This document shows positions 20,135 through 30,563 of a stretch of 64,000 nt of DNA, piece by piece. This stretch comes from an uncultured cyanobacterium (GTDB lineage: Bacteria > Cyanobacteriota > Cyanobacteriia > Cyanobacteriales > Nostocaceae). Made by a program: the position numbers and the translations under genes. The notes beneath the pieces are model-generated. The model searched no databases and was not told the origin of the DNA. It saw only the letters and a program-made list of their open reading frames with translations. The stretch lies in the NCBI GenBank assembly GCA_963740315.1, contig CAVUDP010000001.1, forward strand, positions 64,001 through 128,000. Reading direction: 5' to 3'. Position 1 is the stretch's first letter, and every line of letters begins with the position of its first letter.

Positions 20135-22588
20135 ATGGGATGGACACCATTAAGACAACGTATTAATGAACTACCTTTAGTTCTTGCTGGGCCAATTTTA
20201 CGACGCACGGAACCCGATTCTGTAACTGTATGGGTGGCTTTAAAAGCAAGTCGTCAGGTTACTTTAACAATATTCGATAAAAATCATAGTTTCTTATTTG
20301 AAAGTACTAGAACTACGGCAAGAATTGGCATCAATTTACACGTTGTCGCGGTAACTGCAAAGGCTTCATCAAATATACTTATTAACGGTGAAAATTATCT
20401 CTACGATTTAGATTTTGGTAATGGTGAATTACTTAACAGTCCCGGTATATTAACTGCTGAGGGTTCGCTTAAAGATATTACTTATCCTCAATATACATTG
20501 CCTTCTTTCGCTTTACCTCCAAGCGATTTAAAAGATTTACGCATCATTCACGGTTCTTGTCGCAAACCCCACGGTGAAAGCTTAGATGCGCTTGCTGCCG
20601 TGGATAAAATGATAAAAGAAGCGTTAGAAAAAGAACCTAAAAAACGACCGCATCAACTGTTTTTAACTGGCGACCAAATCTATGCTGATGATGTCGCCGA
20701 TGTATTACTTTTTATGTTGATGGATGCTAGTGAAACGCTTTTGGGATGGTCGGAAAAATTACCTGATGTTGAAAATTTAGCAGAATTAAATCCGGGAAAA
20801 CGCAATAATTTAGCAACTAAAACTGCTGGTTTTACGGCAAGTATTGGTAAATTAAATAACATAACAAATCTTGCTAAAAGTCATTTATTTACCTTTGGCG
20901 AATATTTGGCGATGCATTTATTTGCTTGGAGTGATGTATTGTGGGTTGATGCTGAATCTTTTCCCGATTTTAACGATCTAAATTCCAATCATTGGGAAGT
21001 TAAAAGTGATGCCAGGAAAGCGGCAGAACAAGAAGTTGAACATATTAAAGAATTTTGGTCAACTCTCAAAAGTGTAAGACGTGCGATCGCCAATATTCCT
21101 ACTTATACGATCTTCGACGATCACGAAATCACCGACGATTGGTATTTAAATATGGCTTGGTGTTCCCGCATTCTCGATAAACCTTTGGGAAAGCGGATTT
21201 TGCAAAATGCTATGCTGGCTTGTGCGATTTGTCAGGCTTGGGGTAATACACCGGAACAGTTTGAAAAAGATACGAATGGTGAGGAATTACTCAAAGCTGC
21301 TGTTGGTTGGTCATTTAGTGGTGGTACAAATAAGATTTTCTCAGAACAAATTACTCAACGAATTGGTTTACCTAGCGTTGCAGATATTCAACGGAATTCG
21401 CAAAAATTACCTCATTCCGATGCAGCCTTAACTTGGCATTATACGGTTATCGGTCCCGGTTATGAAGTTATAGTACTCGACACGCGCACTTGGCGAGAAT
21501 TCCCCGGCAAAGATTTTGATTTTCCCGCACTTATTAGTAAGGAAGGTTACGACGAACAATTAACAAAACAAGTGCGTAAAGATGATATTAAAGTTAGTTT
21601 TATTATTTCTCCAGGTCCTTTTATCGGAGTACCTTATATAGAAAAACTGCAAAAAATCGCCAAAAAAGTTTACGAGAAAATTGGTAATGCGGCTTGGGGT
21701 TTTGATACTGAAGCTTGGGCATTAAATAAAACTGCATTTGAAAGAATGATTGCTAGATTAGCATTACGAGCATTACCTCATTCCAAAAGTCGTATAGTAT
21801 TTTTATCCGGCGATGTTCACTACGGTTTTGGTGCGCGTTTGCAATATAGTGCAACACATCCTTTTGAAAGTCCCGAACCCGTTAATTCGGAATTAGTAAT
21901 TGCTCAATTAACCAGCAGTTCGTTTAAGAATGAAGTCGGGGGGATGGGTGGCAGTCATTCCGCACACAGACAAGGTTTTATTCCTATTAGAGTAAATAGC
22001 GATTTACCAACAGCAGAAGTATTAGGATGGGATAAACCAGAAAAAGAAGGAATTATTGGTTATACGTATCTGCTCGTCGAAGATATATTTCAAGGCACCC
22101 CTTTGAAAATTCAAGGTATTCCTGGAACAATTGATTTAGTTAAAGAAAGAAATAGTTTTCGGAAATTAGAAATTACTAAAAAACCCGAATGGTGGTATCG
22201 AATTGATTTCCTCGCATCAAAAGACGAACAATTAGAGAAACCAAAAACACAAAACCAAGCAGCGACTTCTGTCATTGCTCCATTGCCCGGAGAAAACCGT
22301 AAACCAGCTTTAGAAAAATATCTATCAATGGCGAAAAACTACCGCGAATATCTGAGCAAGAAAGGACACGGTACAGAAATTGTCGGTTTAAATAACCTTG
22401 GTGAAATAACTTTTGAAATAGTAGATGATAAAGAAACGATCGTTCAAACTCTTTGGTGGCGATTGGAAAGTTGGGATGGCAAAATGTTAGAACCATTTCC
22501 CTTAACTCGCTGCGAAGTATCCTTAGAATTTGACGACAAACAACATCCCATCAATGATGTAATTAAAGAAATTAATGTAGAGACGTAG
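20135..22588 (+). CDS. PhoD-like metallophosphoesterase
   Basis: GSCRKPH, LTGDQIYADD, FDDHEITDDW, LDTRT and LSGDVH metal-binding motifs. Confidence 0.85.
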   Translation: MGWTPLRQRINELPLVLAGPILRRTEPDSVTVWVALKASRQVTLTIFDKNHSFLFESTRTTARIGINLHVVAVTAKASSNILINGENYLYDLDFGNGELLNSPGILTAEGSLKDITYPQYTLPSFALPPSDLKDLRIIHGSCRKPHGESLDALAAVDKMIKEALEKEPKKRPHQLFLTGDQIYADDVADVLLFMLMDASETLLGWSEKLPDVENLAELNPGKRNNLATKTAGFTASIGKLNNITNLAKSHLFTFGEYLAMHLFAWSDVLWVDAESFPDFNDLNSNHWEVKSDARKAAEQEVEHIKEFWSTLKSVRRAIANIPTYTIFDDHEITDDWYLNMAWCSRILDKPLGKRILQNAMLACAICQAWGNTPEQFEKDTNGEELLKAAVGWSFSGGTNKIFSEQITQRIGLPSVADIQRNSQKLPHSDAALTWHYTVIGPGYEVIVLDTRTWREFPGKDFDFPALISKEGYDEQLTKQVRKDDIKVSFIISPGPFIGVPYIEKLQKIAKKVYEKIGNAAWGFDTEAWALNKTAFERMIARLALRALPHSKSRIVFLSGDVHYGFGARLQYSATHPFESPEPVNSELVIAQLTSSSFKNEVGGMGGSHSAHRQGFIPIRVNSDLPTAEVLGWDKPEKEGIIGYTYLLVEDIFQGTPLKIQGIPGTIDLVKERNSFRKLEITKKPEWWYRIDFLASKDEQLEKPKTQNQAATSVIAPLPGENRKPALEKYLSMAKNYREYLSKKGHGTEIVGLNNLGEITFEIVDDKETIVQTLWWRLESWDGKMLEPFPLTRCEVSLEFDDKQHPINDVIKEINVET

Positions 22589-22720
22589 CAGTGCTACGTC
22601 TCCCAATATTTTGATTTGTATTGAGAATTTGATGAAATAGTTTTAGCAATGAGGAGTTAGTATTTAGTTATTAGTTTTTATTGATTACTGCTCACTGCTC
22701 ACTGTTCACTGTTCACTGTT

Positions 22721-25717
22721 ATGGCAAGAGTTAGCTATGGCTTACAAGTACAAAAACGAGCGAAGCGTTTGCTGTCTGCAATTTTGGCTTATGCTAACGA
22801 TGAGTTCGATGTATGCAACGAAGCTATAGTTGATGCAATACGCCCCAATATTCAAATTCGCTGGCTAACTGAAAAACGCCTGGTAATCAGAACCAAAGTT
22901 CGGTTTTTGCAAGAATTAACGAGTTTGCAAGGTAATGAAACGACCTTAAAAGCCGAACAAATAAAAGAAGCATTAAAAAGATTTACTGATTTTCTAGAAA
23001 TCCTTGAAGATAATCGTACAACAAAAGGTGGCTCGGAAAATTGGCATTTTACCTTAAATCTTTGGTACCCTCGCTATGAAACGGAAGCGAATTTACAAAG
23101 ATTTGATGAAGAATGGGAGTTGAGGAAAGAAGACAAGGAGAAGGGGAGACAAGGGGACAAGGTGAATATTAATTTCTCCCCATCTCCCCCTTCGGGTTGC
23201 GCCACTTCTCTCAACGGAGGGAACCTCCGCACGTTTTGGGCTTACCATCTCCCCATCTCCCCATCTTCCCCCTCTCCCCTCTCTCCCCCCTCTCACAACT
23301 GGACGGAAATTTGTCATCAAGCTTTAGAAAATAATCACAGACGATTAACTACGAATCCTTTAACAACTGCGGATGGTGTGAGTTTTGCACTAGATGAAGT
23401 TTATGTGCCTTTGGGTTTGGTGAAACGCGATCGCCAAGAAAGACGCGATGGTGATGTTCATCCGGGTAAGGGTTCGCAGTTATACGAGTCGGATGATGGT
23501 GATGTTAGCGAAATGACGTTAGAGAAGTTTTTACAACAGTTGCAGTCAAAGGAAAGTAGCCGCATTGCAATTTTAGGTGAACCTGGTGCTGGTAAAACAA
23601 CACTGTTACAAAAGGTTGCTGCGTGGTTAGCCGATAATACGCAATTTTTAGTAATTTGGGTTTCTCTTGCCGATTTGCAGGGAAAGAGTTTAGAAGATTA
23701 TTTAATTGAGGATTGGTTGAAAGCAGCAACTCGCAAGCGAAGGATTTCACCTGAGATGGAAGATTCATTTTGCGAACAGTTTAACCAAGGGCGGGTATGG
23801 TTGCTGCTGGATGCTGTGGATGAAATGGCAATCGATTCTAGTTTAGCTTTAAGTAAAATTGCTGAATATTTGAAAGGCTGGGTAGCAGATGCGGCTGTTA
23901 TTATTACTTGTCGCTTAAACGTTTGGGATGCTGGAAAAAATGCTTTGTCGGATTTTGATACTTTCCGCAACCTTAATTTTACTTATGGTAATCCCAATTC
24001 TTCAGATTTGATGGGGAAATTTATCGGTTGTTGGTTTCAGAATAATCCAGAATTAGGGGAAAATTTACGAACGGAATTAGAGCAACCAGCACGTAGAAGA
24101 ATTCGCGATGCAGTCAAAAATCCTTTGCGATTAGCTTTGATGTGCCGTATTTGGGGATTAAGACGCGGTGGATTACCTAACACCAAAGCCATGCTCTACG
24201 AAAAATTTGTAGAAGCAATTTACGAATGGAAACAAGATAGATTCCCCACCACATCAACCCAAAGAAAGCAGCTCGCGCGAGCATTAGGAAAACTTGCATT
24301 AATGGCAATCGCCAACGAAAAAACTAAGTTTCGTCTCAGGCATCGTTTTGTATGTGAAGTATTGGGCGCACCCGATCAAGGTATGTTTCAATTGGCACTT
24401 CAAATAGGCTGGCTCAATCAAGTAGGAATATCAGAAACCCAAGGTGAAAAAGTATATGCCTTTTACCATCCCACCTTTCAAGAATATTTCGCAGCATTAG
24501 CAATTGACGACTGGCGATTTTTCTTAAATTCTTCCCCCTCTCCCCCCATCTTCAAATACCAATGGCGAGAAGTAATCCTACTATGGTTGGGTAGAGATGA
24601 TGTAACTCAAGAAAACAAAGAGGAATTTATTAAAACGTTAATCGAGTTTGAAGACGGTTGCGGTGGATTTTATACTTATCAAGCTTATTTTTTGGCAGCG
24701 GAAGGAATCGCAGAATTTGCAGATTGTAGTTTGTGCGATCGCATTTTAAAACAATTAATTAAATGGCGTTTCGGTTGTTTTCATTCCACACAAAAAAGAT
24801 GGTGGAGATATCCTTCACCAATTGCGGAAAGTGCGCGAGTTACCTTGTTAAAAACGGATCGTAATTGTGCTATTACTGCTTTAGAAGAGTTTATTGCATC
24901 AAATCAAAGCGATTTCGATACTTGGAATGCAGCTTATAGTTTAGGAAAAGTATTCGATCCCGGTAATAAAATAGCTATTTCAACTTTAGAAAAAATCATC
25001 GCATCTTTCTTCCATGAAGAATTTCGTTTGCAGGCAGCAGATAGTTTAGGGAAAATTGAACCGGGAAACTCGATCGCAATAACGGCTTTAATAGAAATAA
25101 TTCAATCGACTAAAAAAGATTCTATTCGCAGAAAAGCCGCATTTAGCCTGAGTAAATGCCAACCTGAAAATCAAATTGCTATTTCAACTTTAGAAAAGAT
25201 CGTAACTTCATCAACAAATAAACTGCAAAAGCAATATGCAGCAGAAAATTTATTAACTATTTCTCCAGAAAATAAAATAGCTCTTGTCAATGCATCGAAC
25301 AATAAGAAGAAAGACGATAAACCCGCACGACGAAAATCTGCAAAAAAATCCATAAATAACGATAAAGCGATCGCGGCTTTAATTGAAGGAATTGAATCTG
25401 CAAAAAATGACGATAGTAAAAGACGTAGGGCTTCTAGTTTAGGAAAATTAGAACCACACAATCAACTTGCTTTTGATACTTTAGTAAATCTGGTTAAGTC
25501 AGCGAAGGATTCGGTGAGGAAAAATGCCGCAGAAGATTTAAAAAAGATTATTGATAACGAACATATACCGAAATTGATTGCATCCTTGAAAGATTGTTTT
25601 ATTGAAGAGGTTAATGATGTCAATTTAGAAGATCGGCACTGTTATAAACTATTGTGGTATTGTGCGGAGAAGATGAATTATGGAGATTTTTATCAAGCTT
25701 GGAATGGGGAAGGGTAA
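22721..25717 (+). CDS. NACHT NTPase with C-terminal HEAT repeats and an uncharacterised N-terminal domain
   Basis: Walker A GEPGAGKT, Walker B LLLDAVDE, NPLRL, FYHPTFQEYFAA; HEAT-like AAxSLGKI repeats. Confidence 0.88.
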   Translation: MARVSYGLQVQKRAKRLLSAILAYANDEFDVCNEAIVDAIRPNIQIRWLTEKRLVIRTKVRFLQELTSLQGNETTLKAEQIKEALKRFTDFLEILEDNRTTKGGSENWHFTLNLWYPRYETEANLQRFDEEWELRKEDKEKGRQGDKVNINFSPSPPSGCATSLNGGNLRTFWAYHLPISPSSPSPLSPPSHNWTEICHQALENNHRRLTTNPLTTADGVSFALDEVYVPLGLVKRDRQERRDGDVHPGKGSQLYESDDGDVSEMTLEKFLQQLQSKESSRIAILGEPGAGKTTLLQKVAAWLADNTQFLVIWVSLADLQGKSLEDYLIEDWLKAATRKRRISPEMEDSFCEQFNQGRVWLLLDAVDEMAIDSSLALSKIAEYLKGWVADAAVIITCRLNVWDAGKNALSDFDTFRNLNFTYGNPNSSDLMGKFIGCWFQNNPELGENLRTELEQPARRRIRDAVKNPLRLALMCRIWGLRRGGLPNTKAMLYEKFVEAIYEWKQDRFPTTSTQRKQLARALGKLALMAIANEKTKFRLRHRFVCEVLGAPDQGMFQLALQIGWLNQVGISETQGEKVYAFYHPTFQEYFAALAIDDWRFFLNSSPSPPIFKYQWREVILLWLGRDDVTQENKEEFIKTLIEFEDGCGGFYTYQAYFLAAEGIAEFADCSLCDRILKQLIKWRFGCFHSTQKRWWRYPSPIAESARVTLLKTDRNCAITALEEFIASNQSDFDTWNAAYSLGKVFDPGNKIAISTLEKIIASFFHEEFRLQAADSLGKIEPGNSIAITALIEIIQSTKKDSIRRKAAFSLSKCQPENQIAISTLEKIVTSSTNKLQKQYAAENLLTISPENKIALVNASNNKKKDDKPARRKSAKKSINNDKAIAALIEGIESAKNDDSKRRRASSLGKLEPHNQLAFDTLVNLVKSAKDSVRKNAAEDLKKIIDNEHIPKLIASLKDCFIEEVNDVNLEDRHCYKLLWYCAEKMNYGDFYQAWNGEG

Positions 25718-25746
25718 ATAGTGAGAATTTTAGGTTTTACCAAATA

Positions 25747-26082
25747 TCAATTAACTGCATATTCCACATACTTCCTAAGTTCAGGAGGATGAAAGCCAGG
25801 AACAATATCATCTTTAGGAACTCCAGCTTTTACTAAATCATTACCTATCCCATCTTCGGTTCCATCGCGTTGAATCCAAATTTTATCATCTAGAATATCT
25901 ATGTGAACCAAGCAACCATGTACCCTTGCACCATTTTCCCAACCCATCGTCATCAGCACAAAACTATTAAAATCTTGGCTAATAATTAGCTTATACTCTA
26001 ACTCTCCGTAAGAATAAGGAATTGCAGCGTATTCAGTCAATATTTTTTCAATTATTTGACGATACTTTATTAATTTATCCAT
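25747..26082 (-). CDS. xisI: XisI-family protein
   Basis: GW...RVHGCLVHIDI..KIWIQRDGTEDGI..DL...GVPK.DIV.GFHPP. Confidence 0.9.
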   Translation of the reverse strand: MDKLIKYRQIIEKILTEYAAIPYSYGELEYKLIISQDFNSFVLMTMGWENGARVHGCLVHIDILDDKIWIQRDGTEDGIGNDLVKAGVPKDDIVPGFHPPELRKYVEYAVN

Positions 26083-26487
26083 TGAACAATAATCTCCTTT
26101 TCTGAATCAAATACAAGCAATCGTAGAGAATTTTTTTGCACAACAAGATTACCAATTGGTTCGGAAAAAATTTCACGATATGTTGCTTGACGAATTCCTA
26201 AATATATTTGCCGCGAAGGTTCAGTTTCTTCTAAAATATTTCGATAAAGAATATATTGTCCAACATCGTTCTTCTAAATCCCTTACAGGTGAAATTTTCA
26301 CAAAACTTTTAATTTCAACCGCTATCTTTTGCTCACCTTTTTCGGCTGCAAGAAGTTTACTTGCTCCCAAATCAACAAATAGTTCTCTTAATCCCCATTT
26401 TAGCTTTAAAGGGTCATCAGTAATTACCCAGCCTTCTTTTTCAAGAACATTTATCACCGTATCATGATAGATATCTTTGGCAGGCAT
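26070..26487 (-). pseudogene. xisH: XisH-family protein with a +1 frameshift near 26265-26273
   Basis: MPAKDIYHD...AVEIKSF...DLEE continues in another frame as VGQYILYRNILEETEPSRQIYLGI...IVQWIN*, overlapping the xisI start; 418 nt = 3n+1. Confidence 0.85.
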
Positions 26488-26576
26488 TTAAGAGACTCCT
26501 TTATTGGGTTATGCTATTGCTCTACCTAAACTAATATCTAATATAGTATCCAATCTAAAATATTATGTAATTTTTT

Positions 26577-26632
26577 GTTCGTAGTAAGTGCTTTAGCACT
26601 AAATATAAAGAACTAAAGTTCTTACTACGAAC
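26577..26632. repeat. Palindromic dispersed repeat
   Basis: GTTCGTAGTAAG ... CTTACTACGAAC termini with two internal hairpins. Confidence 0.8.
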
Positions 26633-26661
26633 CTAAATAGAATTACTTTACTTATTTCTTG

Positions 26662-26931
26662 TTAAAAAGCCTGCACCCACTCTTTGACAAAATATTCAGT
26701 CCAAATGCCATTTTTCCAATAAGGATCGTTTTCTACCAACTTCCGCACCGTCGCTTCATCTGCTGCTTCGTAAATACCAAAAACTTGAGTAGTATCCTTT
26801 GTCGGACCGATTGTCACTAAAATACCATCTTCCTTCTGCTTCTTTAATCCATCTAAATGTTCTTGACGATAAGGCGCACGCTTTTCTAAAACGTTTTCGC
26901 AGTAGCTGCCCCACATTATGTATTTACTCAT
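26662..26931 (-). CDS. YciI-family protein
   Basis: R.PYRQEHL...IGP...DPYWKNGIW motif. Confidence 0.85.
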   Translation of the reverse strand: MSKYIMWGSYCENVLEKRAPYRQEHLDGLKKQKEDGILVTIGPTKDTTQVFGIYEAADEATVRKLVENDPYWKNGIWTEYFVKEWVQAF

Positions 26932-27067
26932 GATTTACCAATGAACAATTATCAATTATTTTACTTTCTTTCCGTTATTAGAATTACCTATTTGAGGGAG
27001 TAGGGAATAGGGAGTAGGGAGTAGAAACAGTGATAATTAAAAACTCCTAACTCCTAACTCCTAATTC

Positions 27068-29503
27068 CTAACTTCTCAAACTTACTCCAAATTTCTCAAT
27101 TAAAGTATCTCGAACTTTTTGATGTACTGGTTCAACATCTGCATCGGTAAGAGTGCGATCGCTAGAACGATAAATTAAGCGAAATGCTAAACTTCTTTGC
27201 CCTTCGGGTACGTTTTCGCCGCGATATTCATCAAATAATTCGACGGAATCTAATAAGTTTTTACCGGAAGCGGCGATCGCTTTTTCAATTTCGGCGACTG
27301 TTAAATTAATGGGTGCGAAAAAGGCGATATCTCGATCGGATGGCGGATAGGTAGAATAGGATTTGAATTTAGGTGTCAATACATCGTCGCTTTCCATTGC
27401 ATCTAAAAGTACTTCTAAACTCAGTTGAAATACATAAACGTCATCTGGTAAGTCTTTTTGACTGCGAAGTTGCGGATGCACTTGTCCAAATACGCCTAAT
27501 CTGTTTCCTCCCACCCAAAGTGAAGCGGTACGCCCTGGATGCAGGCGATCGTCGCGTCTATCTGGCTGATATTCTACCTGCAATCCCATGACTTTAAAGA
27601 CGCTTTCTAAAATACCTTTGGCTTCAAACCAAGTTATGGATTGCCCACTACCACCGCTTATCCATTTACTGTTCCGAATATCGCCCCCGATAATCCCCCC
27701 TACCATATCAGCTTCTTGAAAACCGTCTTCTTCTTCCCAGAAAATTCGCCCAATTTCAAAGCCGTTGAGCGCACCGTTTCCTTGTTCGATGTTGTATTGA
27801 AATGCATCAATTAATCCGGCGATCAAATCGGTTCGCAATGCTGAATATTCTGTAAATAATGGGTTGCTCAACACTACCTGTCTGTCTTCTCCGGGTTTCA
27901 CCAAGGAGTAATGCATTAATTCCGTTAACCCGGTAGCGCGGAATGCACTTCTTAATTTGCGAATTAATTCTTGATCTACAGGTAAATAACCAACTTCCGG
28001 CTTTTCTGGTAAAGTGTCGCAAAGGCGATCGTAACCGTATAAACGAGCGATTTCTTCGATCAAATCGATTTCTCGTTCTAAGTCGCGGTAGCGATATGCG
28101 GGTACGGAAACCATCCAAGTTCCATCACCTGAAACAACTAACCGACATCCCAAAGCGGTTAAAATCCGCTCTACATCTTGGCTTTTAATTTCTCCGGTTT
28201 CCTCTTCTCCCAAGTCTACAGGTCCAAGTATCTGATTAACTCGATCTAAACGCAATTCAATCGAACGAGTCCATGTAGAAGGATCTGCACGGGTATCGGA
28301 AATTTCTTGAGTAACTAAGGTACCACCAGCAATTTCTACTATCAACGATAAAGCCCGACGACAGGCAATTTCTAACTCGGCTTGATTGACTCCTCGTTCG
28401 TATCTGGTAGAAGATTCGCTTCTCAAACCAACGTTGCGAGATGAACGACGAATGGCTACCGTATCAAACAGCGCTGCTTCTAAAACCAAATTTTCGGTTC
28501 CGTTGTGGACTTCGCTTTCTTCCCCACCCATAACTCCCGCTAAAGCCACGGGTTTATTATTAACGGTAATCAATAAATTTTGAGTTGATAATTTACGGGT
28601 TTTACCATCGAGGGTTTTGAGAGTTTCACCATTGCTAGCAAACCGAACTCCAATGCTGATATTCTCAGAACCTGCGATCGCTTGCAGTCGCGTGCGGTCA
28701 AATGCGTGTAATGGTTGTCCCCATTCCAACATTACATAGTTAGTAATATCAACTATATTGCTAATCGGTCGAACTCCCGCAGCTAATAACCGTTGCTGCA
28801 ACCAGTCGGGAGAAGGAGCGATTTTAACTTGTGCGATCGCCGTTCCAATATATGTCGGACAAGCTTTAGTATCATCAATTTTGATACTTAATCCCGCACC
28901 TTGAGGAACCGAGACTTCTTCTGGCTGGAGAATTTTCAGTTCTCCCCCGGTGATTGCCGCAACTTCTCGCGCTATACCTACCATACACAAAGCATCGGCG
29001 CGATTTGCCGTAGCGGTTACATCTAAAATTACATCGTCCAAACCCAATAGCGGACGTACATCTGAGCCTATTTTGATATTTTCCCCAGAAAAAATATGAA
29101 TTCCGTCTACATCGGTAGGTAAACCCAATTCTTCCAAAGAACAAATCATCCCTTGGGAAGGTACCCCGCGCAGTTTGGCGGGTTTAATCTTCAAATCTTT
29201 GTTTGGTAAGTAAGTTCCTATCGTAGCAACTGGCACATATATGTCTGCACGAACGTTAGCAGCACCGCAGACAATATTTAAATTTTCGCCATTTCCCACG
29301 TCAACTTGACAAATGCTTAATTTGTCAGCATTTGGGTGCTGTTCGCGTGCGACAACTCTCCCTATTACAACCCCCGAAGCCCAAGTGCGACGGTCTTCAA
29401 TATCTTCAACTTCAAACCCCGCCATTGTCAGTGTTTCTGCTAGGGCTTCGGGGCTTAATTGTAACTCTACAAGTTCCTGTAACCAATTTAAAGAAATACG
29501 CAT
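27068..29503 (-). CDS. pheT: Phenylalanine--tRNA ligase beta subunit
   Basis: [36 protein letters not shown] and a C-terminal FDX-ACB domain. Confidence 0.97.
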   Translation of the reverse strand: MRISLNWLQELVELQLSPEALAETLTMAGFEVEDIEDRRTWASGVVIGRVVAREQHPNADKLSICQVDVGNGENLNIVCGAANVRADIYVPVATIGTYLPNKDLKIKPAKLRGVPSQGMICSLEELGLPTDVDGIHIFSGENIKIGSDVRPLLGLDDVILDVTATANRADALCMVGIAREVAAITGGELKILQPEEVSVPQGAGLSIKIDDTKACPTYIGTAIAQVKIAPSPDWLQQRLLAAGVRPISNIVDITNYVMLEWGQPLHAFDRTRLQAIAGSENISIGVRFASNGETLKTLDGKTRKLSTQNLLITVNNKPVALAGVMGGEESEVHNGTENLVLEAALFDTVAIRRSSRNVGLRSESSTRYERGVNQAELEIACRRALSLIVEIAGGTLVTQEISDTRADPSTWTRSIELRLDRVNQILGPVDLGEEETGEIKSQDVERILTALGCRLVVSGDGTWMVSVPAYRYRDLEREIDLIEEIARLYGYDRLCDTLPEKPEVGYLPVDQELIRKLRSAFRATGLTELMHYSLVKPGEDRQVVLSNPLFTEYSALRTDLIAGLIDAFQYNIEQGNGALNGFEIGRIFWEEEDGFQEADMVGGIIGGDIRNSKWISGGSGQSITWFEAKGILESVFKVMGLQVEYQPDRRDDRLHPGRTASLWVGGNRLGVFGQVHPQLRSQKDLPDDVYVFQLSLEVLLDAMESDDVLTPKFKSYSTYPPSDRDIAFFAPINLTVAEIEKAIAASGKNLLDSVELFDEYRGENVPEGQRSLAFRLIYRSSDRTLTDADVEPVHQKVRDTLIEKFGVSLRS

Positions 29504-29776
29504 GGAATATATTAGATTATGCGATGATTATGCGATTAAAATAACGATTGAATTAACACGCAAAAACTATTTTAAATGGGAATGGAGCATTGGCAATGGG
29601 AAATCAGGCGTAGGGCATTAGACATTATAATTTAAGCCAGCACAAAAGTACCTTAATCACTCAGGATGAATGTAATTTTTAAGACACAATGTCCTATAAC
29701 CGATCGACTAAAATTATTGATATATTTTTATATATTTACCGCTCAATTCTATAATCTTTCCCTACTCCCTATTCCC

Positions 29777-29906
29777 TAAGTAGGTAGGTACAAATAAATA
29801 TAATATGCTCTGTCATTGCGAGGAGGAACGACGAAGCAATCGCAATGACTAGGATTGCTTCGTTCCTCGCAATGACATCTTACATTTAATTACGCCAACC
29901 TACCTA
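29777..29906. mobile_element. 130-bp MITE-like element with imperfect 23-bp TIRs and a nested hairpin
   Basis: Left end TAAGTAGGTAGGTACAAATAAAT vs right end (reverse complement) TAGGTAGGTTGGCGTAATTAAAT, 17/23 identical; internal TGTCATTGCGAGGA/TCCTCGCAATGACA. Confidence 0.7.
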
Positions 29907-30090
29907 TCTAAACGAAATGAGATCAAAGAAACCCAGCTTTACGACTCTTAAAATTCATAAAAGTCATAAAAGTAAGCAATTAAAAAATCGTAAATATAAA
30001 AATTAAGCGTTAAACTTTGTTAACGCATTCAAAAAGTAATGTTGAATTTTAGGTAAATATACTGTAAAATAAGATTAGCAAATTAAATAA

Positions 30091-30453
30091 TTAAATAATA
30101 ATTGATTTAACAGCACTAATTAATTGCTGTTTGCTAAAAGGTTTTGTCAGATACACATCTGCTCCTTGTCTCATTCCCCAAATACGGTCAATATCTTTAT
30201 TTTTGGAACTACAAAAAATAATCGGTATCTTTTGTGTATCTAAATCCCGTTTTAGTTTACGACAAAATTCAAAACCGCTCATTCCCGGCATTACTACATC
30301 TGTAATAATTGCTGAAGGCTGATGCAGTCGTGCTTTTTCTAATCCATCTTTAGCATTGGTTGCTTGAAGCACCACATAACCGCCATCAGTCAAAAAAACG
30401 TTCATTAACTCTAACTGAGAAGGAGTATCTTCGACAACCAAAATTGTAGTCAT
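30091..30453 (-). CDS. Single-domain response regulator (CheY/PilH-like)
   Basis: ILVVEDT, ITDVVMPGMSG, WGMRQGAD.YLTKPF. Confidence 0.9.
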   Translation of the reverse strand: MTTILVVEDTPSQLELMNVFLTDGGYVVLQATNAKDGLEKARLHQPSAIITDVVMPGMSGFEFCRKLKRDLDTQKIPIIFCSSKNKDIDRIWGMRQGADVYLTKPFSKQQLISAVKSIII

Positions 30454-30563
30454 GTTTCCTCACTATCCAAATTTAATAGTAATTTGCTCGAATCAAACCG
30501 CACAAAGACGAACAATTTACAGATGATATTTTAGAAATTTATAACTGATATTGCTCTAAGTAA

